This document shows positions 19,559 through 27,655 of a stretch of DNA of 55,854 nucleotides, in pieces. A program made the translations under genes and the position numbers. This stretch comes from Acidobacteriaceae bacterium (GTDB lineage: Bacteria > Acidobacteriota > Terriglobia > Bryobacterales > Bryobacteraceae), in contig JAFAMM010000480.1 of the NCBI GenBank assembly GCA_019233375.1, positions 1 through 55,854 on the forward strand. The letters are read 5' to 3'. Positions within the stretch are counted from its first letter, which is position 1. Every line of letters begins with the position of its first letter. The notes under the pieces were generated by a model. The model worked only from the letters and a program-made list of their open reading frames with translations, had not been told where the DNA came from and made no database searches.

Positions 19559-20619
19559 GTTTGCGGACGGTGGCTAAAGCGTGGAATGAATTCTTTTTTA
19601 CGCCGCAATCGCCCCTGCCGGTCTCACTGTTCCGGATTCTGTTTGGATTAGTCGTGATTGCGAATCTGATTCTGCTACACGCGGACTGGTTGAACTGGTA
19701 CGGGCCGCATGGCTGGGTCACGCTAAAGACCATGTCGAAAGTAGAGCCCGGCGTCAGGCTGAACTTGTTCAAGATAATGCCGGCGAGTGATCAGTGGATC
19801 GGAGCCTTTTTCTGGTTTTTTCTGTGTTTCGCAGTGCTTTTGACGGTTGGGCTATTGAGCCGCGTGAGCAGTGTAGTGGTCTTCCTCTGCCTCGCTTCGA
19901 TTCATGAACGGAACCTATACATCAATCACGGCGGCGATACGTTTCTGCGGGTGGCGGCTTTCTTTCTAATGTTTGCGCCCGCGGGGGCGATGCTGTCGCT
20001 GGACCGGCTTATTCTGAAACGCCTCGGCCGCGCAGGCGAGAAGGTGCGGCCGCGCAGCCCGTGGGCACAGCGCATGATTCAGTTCGAGCTGGCCCTGCTG
20101 TATTCGTGCGCCTTCTCGTGGAAATCGATGGGCGAGACATGGGTGAACGGGACGGCACTCTACTATGTCAGCCATCTGCATGAGATGCGGCGATTCCCGG
20201 TTCCGCACTGGCTAAATGAGCCGATACTTCTGAAACTCGGGACATGGCTCACGCTCGCACTTGAGTTCGCGCTAGGAGTTCTGATCTGGTTTAAGGAACT
20301 GAGATATCCATTGCTAGCGATGGGAGTGCTGTTCCACCTCTCGCTTGAGTATGCGCTGAACGTGCCCACTTTTCAGTGGGACGTTCTCGCCGCGTATGTG
20401 CTTTTCGTCGACGCTAAGGATCTGCAGCGAGCAGGCGAATGGATACAAAAGCGCTTTGCGCTCCGGCTACTGCTTAAAAACAAGCGGCGGACCACTGGTT
20501 CGCTCACCGCGAAGGTCGACCGTCACCTCGACGCGGTCAGCGATCTTGATGAAAGGAATGCCACTGTTCATCCCGTAATCTTTGCGGTCAAAAGCCATGG
20601 TACCGTTTATGGACCCTGA
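19555..20619 (+). CDS. HTTM domain (vitamin-K-dependent gamma-carboxylase-like / SdpB-like) membrane protein
   Basis: The N-terminus (FFTPQSPLPVSLFRILFGLVVIANLILLHADWLNWYGPHGW) and the multi-TM body are typical of HTTM. The last ~50 codons run antisense through the YceI-like gene and look non-native. The first in-frame stop is at 20617-20619. Confidence 0.7.
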   Translation: MSLRTVAKAWNEFFFTPQSPLPVSLFRILFGLVVIANLILLHADWLNWYGPHGWVTLKTMSKVEPGVRLNLFKIMPASDQWIGAFFWFFLCFAVLLTVGLLSRVSSVVVFLCLASIHERNLYINHGGDTFLRVAAFFLMFAPAGAMLSLDRLILKRLGRAGEKVRPRSPWAQRMIQFELALLYSCAFSWKSMGETWVNGTALYYVSHLHEMRRFPVPHWLNEPILLKLGTWLTLALEFALGVLIWFKELRYPLLAMGVLFHLSLEYALNVPTFQWDVLAAYVLFVDAKDLQRAGEWIQKRFALRLLLKNKRRTTGSLTAKVDRHLDAVSDLDERNATVHPVIFAVKSHGTVYGP

Positions 20620-21069
20620 TCCGGTTCCTTTGCCGGTAACCGTAAATGTCAGGGTCTCGGGCTTGGAAACACCACGGATCGTGAACGTGCCAGGAAGGCT
20701 GAAGCTATCGGGACCGGTCTGCTCAACCTTTGTTGAGTGAAATGTAATGTAGGGGTTGTGCTCGGCATCAAAGAAGTCTTTACCTTTCAGTTTCCCGTTC
20801 TTCATGCCGCTGCCGGTGTCAACGCTCGCTGCCTGAATCTTGACATCGAGTACGCCCGTCAGGACGTCGGTAGACGTGAATGTCAGTGTCGCATCCCATT
20901 TATCAAAAACACCCTGAATCGGCACCGACGCTTTTACGCTGAATTTAATTGAGCTCTTTTGTGGATCAATCTTGAAGGTTGGGACGCCGGACTCCTGCGC
21001 CCGATTGACGGGCGAAAGAGAGAGGCACAGGACAGTACCGAGCCATATCGTACATTTGCGAGCGATCAT
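20467..21069 (-). CDS. YceI-like periplasmic polyisoprenoid-binding protein
   Basis: The signal peptide is MIARKCTIWLGTVLCLSLSPVNRAQE. YceI-like motifs are present (SSIKFSVKA...QGVFDKWDATLTF...FDAEHNPYITFHS). I use the ATG at 21069 rather than the track start at 21129. Confidence 0.8.
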   Translation of the reverse strand: MIARKCTIWLGTVLCLSLSPVNRAQESGVPTFKIDPQKSSIKFSVKASVPIQGVFDKWDATLTFTSTDVLTGVLDVKIQAASVDTGSGMKNGKLKGKDFFDAEHNPYITFHSTKVEQTGPDSFSLPGTFTIRGVSKPETLTFTVTGKGTGSGSINGTMAFDRKDYGMNSGIPFIKIADRVEVTVDLRGERTSGPPLVFKQ

Positions 21070-21168
21070 AATAACCTTCCCGTCCTTACAAAGTGATGCA
21101 CGGCCGCTTTCGAATTCGAAGCCGGGCATTGCGACGAATTGGCTGATGAACGACTTGCCGCTCCGGAG

Positions 21169-22683
21169 CTAAAGAATTTGCTGCCAATCGCGAGCCAGTT
21201 CGATAAATGATCGAACCGCGACGCCGGTAGGTCCCTTGGAGAGCCAGCTCTTGCCTTCGTCGAGCCAGGCAGTGGCGGCGATATCCAGATGGACCCAGGG
21301 CGTCGAATCGGCGAATTCGCGCAGGAACCAGGCAGCAGTAATCGAGCCGGCCTGCCGGCCGGAGCCGATATTGGGAAGATCCGCAAAAGCAGATTTCAGG
21401 TATTCTTTGTACTCTTCGTCCATGGGAAGCTGCCACGTCTTTTCGCCGGCGGCTTTTGCCGCTTTGAGGAACCGCTGCAGAAACGGCTCGTCATTGGTGA
21501 AGGCTCCGATGTTGTATTGGCCGAGGGCCACACCGATGGCCCCGGTGAGGGTGGCGGCATCCACGATATGCGTCGCGCCGTTGCGCTTAGCGTAAGTGAT
21601 GGCATCGGCCAGGATGAGGCGGCCTTCGGCGTCGGTGTTGAGCACTTCGACCGTTTTGCCGGATAGAGTGGTGACGATGTCGCCGGGCCGCTGGGCGTTG
21701 GCGCTGACCATGTTCTCGACGGTGGGAACGTAGGCGGTTACGAGCAACCCGGGTTTGAGCTGCGCGAGTGCGCGCATGGCGGCGATGACGGCGGCCGCGC
21801 CGGACATGTCGTACTTCATCTTTTCCATGCCCTCGGCAGGCTTGATGGACACGCCGCCGGTGTCGAAAGTGACACCCTTGCCGACCAGAGCCAGGTGATC
21901 CGGTCCGGAAGGTACTGCCGGGCGATACCGAAGGACGATGAGGAACGGGGGATTGCTGCTTCCCTGGGCGACGCCCAGCAGAGCTCCCATCCCGAGCTTA
22001 TTCATGGCCTGCTGATCGAGTACCTGGCATTCGAGGCCGGACTCTCTGGCCATGTTTCGAGCGTTCTCTGCCAATTGAGCCGGCGTGAGCTTGTTGGCCG
22101 GTTCGTTGCTGAGCTGGCGGGCGAAGTTCTGGGCCTGGGCGATGATCCGGCCGCGTTCGGCCGCTGCCTGGAGAGTTGCCGCTTCGACGCCTGGAACAAC
22201 GACCGTGAAGCTTTCGATCTGTTTTTCGGCTTTCTTGGGATCTGTCTTATAAACGTCAGGCTCCCAGGCGCCCAGGATGGCGCCTTCCGCCGCGGGAGTG
22301 ACGTATTCGTCGCCATTTGGGGTATCGAGGAGCAAAGCAGCGCTGCGGACCCCTTTTCCTTTGAGTGTTCGGGCCAGCGTGCCGGCGATGCGTCGCACTT
22401 CGACGGAGGAGAATTTTTCGCGCTTTCCTCCACCAACCACGACGAGGCGTTTGGCCGCGAGACCTTGCGGCCGGTGAAGGACAGCCGTTTCATACAGCTT
22501 TCCAGTGAATTCGCCGGAGCTTCGCAGATCAGCCAGCCACCCGGCTTGGGCGGCCAGCGGCGGATCGGGGACAGACGCAGGCGGCTGTGATTGTCCTTCT
22601 TTCTTTTCCTCTGCTTCGAAGCAAATGAGGGCGAGCGCATCGACGCTTAGGTTTTCGGCTGAAGTGACTGTTTTGATCTGCAT
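21169..22683 (-). CDS. pepA: leucyl aminopeptidase (M17)
   Basis: The M17 motifs VGKGVTFDTGGVSIKP and NTDAEGRLILADA are present in a 504-aa protein. Confidence 0.92.
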   Translation of the reverse strand: MQIKTVTSAENLSVDALALICFEAEEKKEGQSQPPASVPDPPLAAQAGWLADLRSSGEFTGKLYETAVLHRPQGLAAKRLVVVGGGKREKFSSVEVRRIAGTLARTLKGKGVRSAALLLDTPNGDEYVTPAAEGAILGAWEPDVYKTDPKKAEKQIESFTVVVPGVEAATLQAAAERGRIIAQAQNFARQLSNEPANKLTPAQLAENARNMARESGLECQVLDQQAMNKLGMGALLGVAQGSSNPPFLIVLRYRPAVPSGPDHLALVGKGVTFDTGGVSIKPAEGMEKMKYDMSGAAAVIAAMRALAQLKPGLLVTAYVPTVENMVSANAQRPGDIVTTLSGKTVEVLNTDAEGRLILADAITYAKRNGATHIVDAATLTGAIGVALGQYNIGAFTNDEPFLQRFLKAAKAAGEKTWQLPMDEEYKEYLKSAFADLPNIGSGRQAGSITAAWFLREFADSTPWVHLDIAATAWLDEGKSWLSKGPTGVAVRSFIELARDWQQIL

Positions 22684-22708
22684 AAATTCTGCCTTTCAGG
22701 GAACGCGG

Positions 22709-23179
22709 CTACTGGCGGGCACGTCTTGCCAAAGCGGCTTTCGCCTCCGCTTGCATCTCCTTCGCTTTGGTGGCCTCGCGCTTATCATGGAACTTTTTGC
22801 CTTTCGCCACGGCGATTTCGACTTTGATACGGCCGTTCTTGAGATACAGCCGGGTGGCAACGAGAGTTAGGCCTTTTTCGCGGGTTTCGGCGCGTAATTT
22901 CTCAATCTCGCGGCGGTGCAGCAACAGCTTGCGCTTGCGAACGGGAACGTGGTTCATGAGATTTCCGTGGGAGTATTCGCTGATGTGAGCGTTCATCAAC
23001 CAGGCTTCATTGTCGGCGACCTCGGCATAGCTTTCTTTGAGTTGGATTTTGCCGGTTTTGGCGGCCTTGACCTCCGTGCCGGTCAGGACCAGGCCGGCCT
23101 CATAGCGGTCGAGCAGGAAATAGTCATGAGCGGCCGACCGGTTGTCGCTAAGTATTTTGAATTCGCTTTGCTGAGACAA
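22709..23179 (-). CDS. smpB: SsrA-binding protein
   Basis: This 156-aa ORF carries the SmpB signature ([27 protein letters not shown]...[11 protein letters not shown]). Confidence 0.93.
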   Translation of the reverse strand: MSQQSEFKILSDNRSAAHDYFLLDRYEAGLVLTGTEVKAAKTGKIQLKESYAEVADNEAWLMNAHISEYSHGNLMNHVPVRKRKLLLHRREIEKLRAETREKGLTLVATRLYLKNGRIKVEIAVAKGKKFHDKREATKAKEMQAEAKAALARRARQ

Positions 23180-23385
23180 TGGGGAAACCGATTTCTCCTT
23201 TCAGTGTCGCCCAGGGCGTGATTAGCCCTGCACGGCTCGACCACCGGGTACGTCTTTCCTTTGGTTAACGAGAGATGCGGGCGACGTGTGCGACGGCGCT
23301 GGAGACTGCCGGACGGATCTAGATGCGGAAACAGCCGGACCGCGAGGGTGGGCGGCGAGCTTGAATTTATTGGAAATCTGCTAAG

Positions 23386-25590
23386 GTGATCATTTCAAAG
23401 AGGTTACGCTATGGCGCCGGATTTTTGTGCGCCGCCCTGCTGATCGCGGGACTGGGGCAGGCGCGCAACAAGAAAGGCGACAAGGCTTACAAAGAAGGTC
23501 AGCAAGCCGAAGCGAAAAAGGAATACGATGCGGCTGTCAACTACTACGACCAGGCAGTAGCGGCTGACCCGGGGGATGCCAGCTACTTGATGGCGGACCG
23601 GCGCGCTCATAACACCGCCGCCAACTACCATATCGAGCAGGGGCGCCTGCTACAGAAAGAGCAGAAGCTCGAGGAGGCGCTGATTAATTTCAACAAGGCC
23701 TTTATCGACCAGCCTTCATCGCCGATCGCGCTGCAGGAGATCCGGGCGACGAACGAGATGATCCGGGAAAAACAGAAAAATCCGAACGTGCCGGCGCTAA
23801 CGCCTGCCGAACAGGCACGGGAAAAGCTCGAAAAGCAGATTAATTCTCTTGAGGGTCCGCCGACGCTGCGACCGCTTAACAACGAGATCAGCAGCCTGAC
23901 GATGAACAACCAGCCGGCGAGAGTGCTGTACGAGAGCGTGGGCAAGCTGGCTGGCATCAACGTACTGCTCGATCCCCAGGGAATCGAGACGCTGGGCGGC
24001 CCATCGCACAACTTCAACCTGGAGCTGCACAATGTAACGCTGCAGGAGGCGCTGGACTACATCGCGCTGCAAACACACACGTTCTGGAAGCCGATCAGCC
24101 ACAATGCGATTTTTGTGACACAGGAGGGCGAGCAGAAACGGCGGGAGTATGAGGACGAAGTTGTGAAAGTGTTCTACGTACAGAATGCATTCACAACAAA
24201 CGAATTTACGGAAATCTACAATGCGCTGCGCGTGGGTTCGAGGCTGAACCAGGGCTTATTCCAGGTAGCGAGCCAGAATGCAATTGTGGCGCGCGGTACA
24301 CCGGACACGCTTGCGCTCATCGAAAAGATGCTGCATGATCTGGACCGGCCAAAGGCAGAAGTTGTGATTGACGTAGTGGTGATGGAAGTGAACAAGCAGC
24401 TGATGCAGACGATTGGCGCCTCCATCCTGGGACAGGGCGGTATGTCCGTCCCGCTGGTGTTCACTCCACGACCTATTCTCCAGGGAATCACGAGCGCCAC
24501 GACAACGACCACCGGAACGACGACTACCACCGGAACAACGACGACCACAGGTACGACCACCACAACCGGCACCACGACAACGACCGGGACTACGACGACC
24601 ACGGGGACCACGACCACTACAGGAACAACCACCACGACGGGAACCACGACCACGACGGGAACCCCCGGCGCACTCATTCCATTGAGCCGATTGAGTGATC
24701 TGAGCACGTCAGATTACTCGATCAGCCTGCCTAGCACGGTAGTCCAGGCGCTGCTGAGTGACTCTCGCACGCACGTCCTGCAGCGGCCGCAGCTACGGGT
24801 CATCGATGGCGGCAAGGCGTCGTTAAAGGTTGGGCAGAAGATCCCCTACGTCTCGGGCTCCTTAAATTCTGCGGTTGCGACTCCGGGGTCCATCCCCTAT
24901 GCCACGACGCAGTTCCAGCAGGTTGACGTGGGAACGCTGGTGGATCTGCAACCGCATGTGAACGGCGATCAGGATATAAGCATGCACCTCAAGGTGGAAA
25001 TTTCGAACGTTCCACTCACAGTGACAATTGCTGGCGTGCAGGAGCCGGTCATCGGACAACAGGTGGATGAAGCCGACATACGTATGAAGGACGGCGAAGT
25101 AAGTATTCTGGGTGGGTTATCGGATAAGGAAAACACTCTCGCTTATGGTGGTATGCCGGGCTTCACGAACATCCCGGCGCTCAACTATCTGTTCGGAACG
25201 AGAACGAAAAACGTTAGCGATCAGGAGGTGCTGTTTGTTCTGACGCCGCATATTATTCGGCGGCCGGACCTGAGCAACATCGCTGATGAGGGAATATATG
25301 CGGGTACGGCGAGTGTGGTGAAGGTGGATCGGCGCGGACAAGGCACGGGGCGTGGGAGTATCTCCGGATCGCAGACCAACACTGGAGGCGAGCAGCAGCA
25401 GCCGTCGCCGCAGACGCAGTCACCGAATGCGCCGGTTAATCCGAGATTTCCCAGGAGGCCTGGCGTTCCGCCGGGACAAAACGGGTATCCGCCGGCAGGT
25501 GAGCCACCCCCGCAGAATAATCCACCTACTGGACCTGACGAGAGCCCGCCCGCGACCAGTCCGGCGCCCACGGGTCCGCCGCGATCCTAG
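23386..25590 (+). CDS. secretin (GspD/PilQ family) with N-terminal TPR-like region, internal Thr/Gly repeat and Pro/Gln-rich tail
   Basis: The C-terminus is a secretin domain (VLQRPQLRVIDGGKASLKVGQKIPY...GGMPGFTNIPALNYLFG...VLFVLTPHIIR). The N-terminus has a signal-like segment and TPR-like helices (AEAKKEYDAAVNYYDQAVAADPGD). The start codon is GTG. Confidence 0.85.
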   Translation: MIISKRLRYGAGFLCAALLIAGLGQARNKKGDKAYKEGQQAEAKKEYDAAVNYYDQAVAADPGDASYLMADRRAHNTAANYHIEQGRLLQKEQKLEEALINFNKAFIDQPSSPIALQEIRATNEMIREKQKNPNVPALTPAEQAREKLEKQINSLEGPPTLRPLNNEISSLTMNNQPARVLYESVGKLAGINVLLDPQGIETLGGPSHNFNLELHNVTLQEALDYIALQTHTFWKPISHNAIFVTQEGEQKRREYEDEVVKVFYVQNAFTTNEFTEIYNALRVGSRLNQGLFQVASQNAIVARGTPDTLALIEKMLHDLDRPKAEVVIDVVVMEVNKQLMQTIGASILGQGGMSVPLVFTPRPILQGITSATTTTTGTTTTTGTTTTTGTTTTTGTTTTTGTTTTTGTTTTTGTTTTTGTTTTTGTPGALIPLSRLSDLSTSDYSISLPSTVVQALLSDSRTHVLQRPQLRVIDGGKASLKVGQKIPYVSGSLNSAVATPGSIPYATTQFQQVDVGTLVDLQPHVNGDQDISMHLKVEISNVPLTVTIAGVQEPVIGQQVDEADIRMKDGEVSILGGLSDKENTLAYGGMPGFTNIPALNYLFGTRTKNVSDQEVLFVLTPHIIRRPDLSNIADEGIYAGTASVVKVDRRGQGTGRGSISGSQTNTGGEQQQPSPQTQSPNAPVNPRFPRRPGVPPGQNGYPPAGEPPPQNNPPTGPDESPPATSPAPTGPPRS
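24499..24660 (+). repeat. nine tandem 18-nt units each encoding TTTTTG inside the secretin gene
   Basis: I translated the region codon by codon. There are 9 consecutive Thr5-Gly units. All nine units differ at synonymous positions (acg, aca, acc or act for Thr; gga, ggt, ggc or ggg for Gly). Confidence 0.95.
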
Positions 25591-25591
25591 T

Positions 25592-26125
25592 ATGAAGGTT
25601 CCTAGTCAATCGATGCTTCGAAGCACTTATTCGAGCGGACTGGCGCGGCGGCGCAAGAGCCAGTCCGGATTAACGCTGGTGGAGCTGATTGTGGCGTTCA
25701 GCATTTTGCTCATTCTGACCACCATGGCCGTACCCACGGCGCGCTATCAGGTACGGCGGGCACGCGAGAAGGCGCTGCTGCAAGACCTGGAGGAGATGCG
25801 CACGGCGATCGACCGCTACAAAGATATGTGCGACGGGGGGAAGATCCAGTCCGCGGGCCCCGATGCATATTGTTATCCACCGACTCTGGAGGCGCTCGTG
25901 GAGGGCGTCAAGCTGAACAATACGGTCGCCGGGAACGGTCAGTCAGGGAAGGTGCGATTTCTCCGGCATATTCCTAAAGACCCGATGACGGGCGAGACCG
26001 ACTGGGGCAAACGGGCAATGCAGGACGAACCTACTTCGGATTCGTGGGGCGGGCAGAACGTTTTCGACGTGTACTCGAAGACGACGGACAAGGCGAGTGA
26101 CGGGACACCTTACTCGGAGTGGTAG
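25592..26125 (+). CDS. type II secretion/type IV pilin-like pseudopilin (GspG-like), paralog 1
   Basis: The prepilin motif is SG/LTLVELIVAFSILLIL after a long basic leader. The ATG at 25592 lies 2 nt after the secretin stop. The earlier part of the track ORF overlaps the secretin tail out of frame. The protein ends DGTPYSEW. Confidence 0.75.
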   Translation: MKVPSQSMLRSTYSSGLARRRKSQSGLTLVELIVAFSILLILTTMAVPTARYQVRRAREKALLQDLEEMRTAIDRYKDMCDGGKIQSAGPDAYCYPPTLEALVEGVKLNNTVAGNGQSGKVRFLRHIPKDPMTGETDWGKRAMQDEPTSDSWGGQNVFDVYSKTTDKASDGTPYSEW

Positions 26126-26135
26126 GCGGGGCGCG

Positions 26136-26552
26136 ATGCAGGCAAAAGTGAGAGCCGGTTTGAAGCGAGCACAGCGCGGGTTCACGCTGGTGGAGCTGAT
26201 GGTGGTGATGGCGATCGTCTCGGTGCTGCTTGCGATCGCCGTGCCGATTTATCAGAAGTCGATCACACGGGCGAAGGAGAGCGTGCTGCGCAACAATCTG
26301 TTCACGATCCGCACCATGATTGACGAGTATACGCTGGATAAACAGAAAGCGCCCGAGACGCTGCAGGATCTCGTCTCGGAGGGATACCTGCGGCAAGTCC
26401 CGCAGGACCCGATGACGAATTCGGACCAGACCTGGCGTCTGGTGATGGAAGATACGCCCATCAGCGGGTCGAGCGGCACCCCGGGGATTTTTGATGTGAA
26501 GAGCGGCTCGGATAAGACGGCGCTGGACGGAACAGCGTATTCGAGCTGGTGA
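26136..26552 (+). CDS. GspG-like pseudopilin, paralog 2
   Basis: The prepilin motif is RG/FTLVELMVVMAIVSVLLAIAVPIY. The GspG-like core is AKESVLRNNLFTIRTMIDEYTLDKQKAPETLQDLVSEGYLRQVPQDP. The protein ends DGTAYSSW, like paralog 1. Confidence 0.8.
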   Translation: MQAKVRAGLKRAQRGFTLVELMVVMAIVSVLLAIAVPIYQKSITRAKESVLRNNLFTIRTMIDEYTLDKQKAPETLQDLVSEGYLRQVPQDPMTNSDQTWRLVMEDTPISGSSGTPGIFDVKSGSDKTALDGTAYSSW

Positions 26553-26598
26553 CAGAGCACCAATTGCTACACTGAAGTTCGACGAATTGTCCCCCTGC

Positions 26599-26672
26599 TC
26601 CCCGATCGTCTAATGGTAGGACAGCGGCCTTTGGAGCCGTTAATCGTGGTTCGAATCCATGTCGGGGAGCCA
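26599..26672 (+). tRNA. tRNA-Gln (anticodon UUG)
   Basis: I folded it by hand into a cloverleaf. The acceptor stem is TCCCCGA/TCGGGGA, the D stem GTCT/GGAC and the anticodon stem GCGGC/GCCGT with loop CTTTGGA. The T arm is CGTGG-TTCGAAT-CCATG. The discriminator is G and CCA is encoded. U1-A72 plus G73 fit bacterial tRNA-Gln. Confidence 0.9.
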
Positions 26673-26905
26673 AGTCGCTTCAATCAAATAATCCATAAGC
26701 TGAATTTCACGCCTGGCGAGTCGCGAGGAAGATCTCGACACCCGAACGCTTGGACAACACCGCCTGGCGCTTGACCGATGCCAACCTTCTCGCGGGTCAA
26801 AGGGTGACCCACATGCGACAGATCAGCGTGGATCGTCTCGAAACGTTTCAACACGGCAGGCTGCCGAATTGTGGCTGAGTCTCTCGTGAGCCATCGGATT
26901 GTCGG

Positions 26906-27163
26906 ATGATATCAGGGAGGAAGAATCATAAGGTGAGCGCAAACCCGTATCTCTCGCGCATTGTCATCCAGCCAGGAGTGCGGTCTGGAAGGCCTTGTAT
27001 ACGCGACACTCGAGTCACCGTGCAGGAAATTCTCGGCTGGTTAGCGGCCGGAGCTACTGAAGAAGAGATTCTTAGCGATTACCCGTATCTAGAGAGGGAC
27101 GATTTCAAAGCCGTATTTGCGTACGCAGCTCAGTTTCCTGATCCGCGAACCGCTGTGCGGTGA
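26906..27163 (+). CDS. DUF433 domain protein (antitoxin-like partner of DUF5615)
   Basis: The 85-aa sequence IVIQPGVRSGRPCIRDTRVTVQEILGWLAAGATEEEILSDYPYLERDDFKAVFAYAA matches the DUF433 pattern. Confidence 0.8.
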   Translation: MISGRKNHKVSANPYLSRIVIQPGVRSGRPCIRDTRVTVQEILGWLAAGATEEEILSDYPYLERDDFKAVFAYAAQFPDPRTAVR

Positions 27164-27499
27164 AGCTTCTGTTTGACGCCGCTCTGTCACCACGATTGAT
27201 GAGGGCAATTGTCAGATCTGTTTCCTGATTCCGTCCACCTCTTCGACTTACCGCTTCGGCGCGATGTCCACGATGAGGTCATTTGGTCCTACGCAAAGCA
27301 GCACGGCTTTGACATCATCACGACCGATGGCGACGATTATCCGCCGCTTGCCCGCCGGTTTGGACCGCCACCTAAAGTAATCCTTCTTGAAAGCTGGCGG
27401 TATCCGAGTAACGTTGCCGTGGAACTAATTCGCAGAAACGCAATCCGAATTGCAGAATTTGCCGCCAACAAAAATAGGTTACTAATCCTGCGCACGTGA
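27160..27499 (+). pseudogene. DUF5615 family PIN-like toxin gene interrupted by a +1 frameshift
   Basis: A GTG at 27160 overlaps the DUF433 stop (GTGA). It opens VKLLFDAALSPRLMRAIV, a typical DUF5615 N-terminus, but that frame stops at 27225-27227. The rest of the domain (DLFPDSVHLFDL...HGFDIITTDGDDY...PPKVILLE) continues in the +1 frame from about 27212 to 27499. Confidence 0.7.
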
Positions 27500-27655
27500 T
27501 CCGGTCACATCAAGGGGTATATTGCGAATTGAGCTGCTCGAAAGGCTCGACTGGATCGGCTTGTGACGGAGGTTCTCGAAGGGTAGCAAAACCGTGGAGC
27601 CTCTCACAAGATCCACAAAGGCATCAGCTCGGTGAAACCTGAATTCCATTTCCGA

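Noticed and set aside
23180-23385. tmRNA (ssrA) next to smpB
   Set aside because: The intergenic space is only ~206 nt, against ~350 nt for tmRNA. It has no tRNA-like 3' end (GGTTCGAATCC...CCA).
24499-24660. Possibility that the 18-nt periodic repeat is a CRISPR-like or minisatellite array
   Set aside because: The units are contiguous with no spacers. They lie in frame inside a secretin gene. They are conserved at the amino-acid level rather than the nucleotide level.
24216-24707. 163-aa minus-strand ORF containing (PVVVVV)n
   Set aside because: It is simply the reverse complement of the secretin (TTTTTG)9 repeat. The secretin frame is supported by flanking domains.
25352-25591. N-terminal 80 codons of the 257-aa track ORF preceding the first pseudopilin
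   Set aside because: This part overlaps the secretin C-terminal tail in another frame and is extremely Arg-rich. The ATG at 25592 gives a normal prepilin leader.
26699-26878. 59-codon stop-free frame right after tRNA-Gln (AEFHAWRVARKISTPERLDNTAWRLTDANLLAGQRVTHMRQISVDRLETFQHGRLPNCG*)
   Set aside because: It has protein-like composition but no start codon near its 5' end, and I can recognise no family motif. At most it is a gene remnant, so it is not called as a feature.
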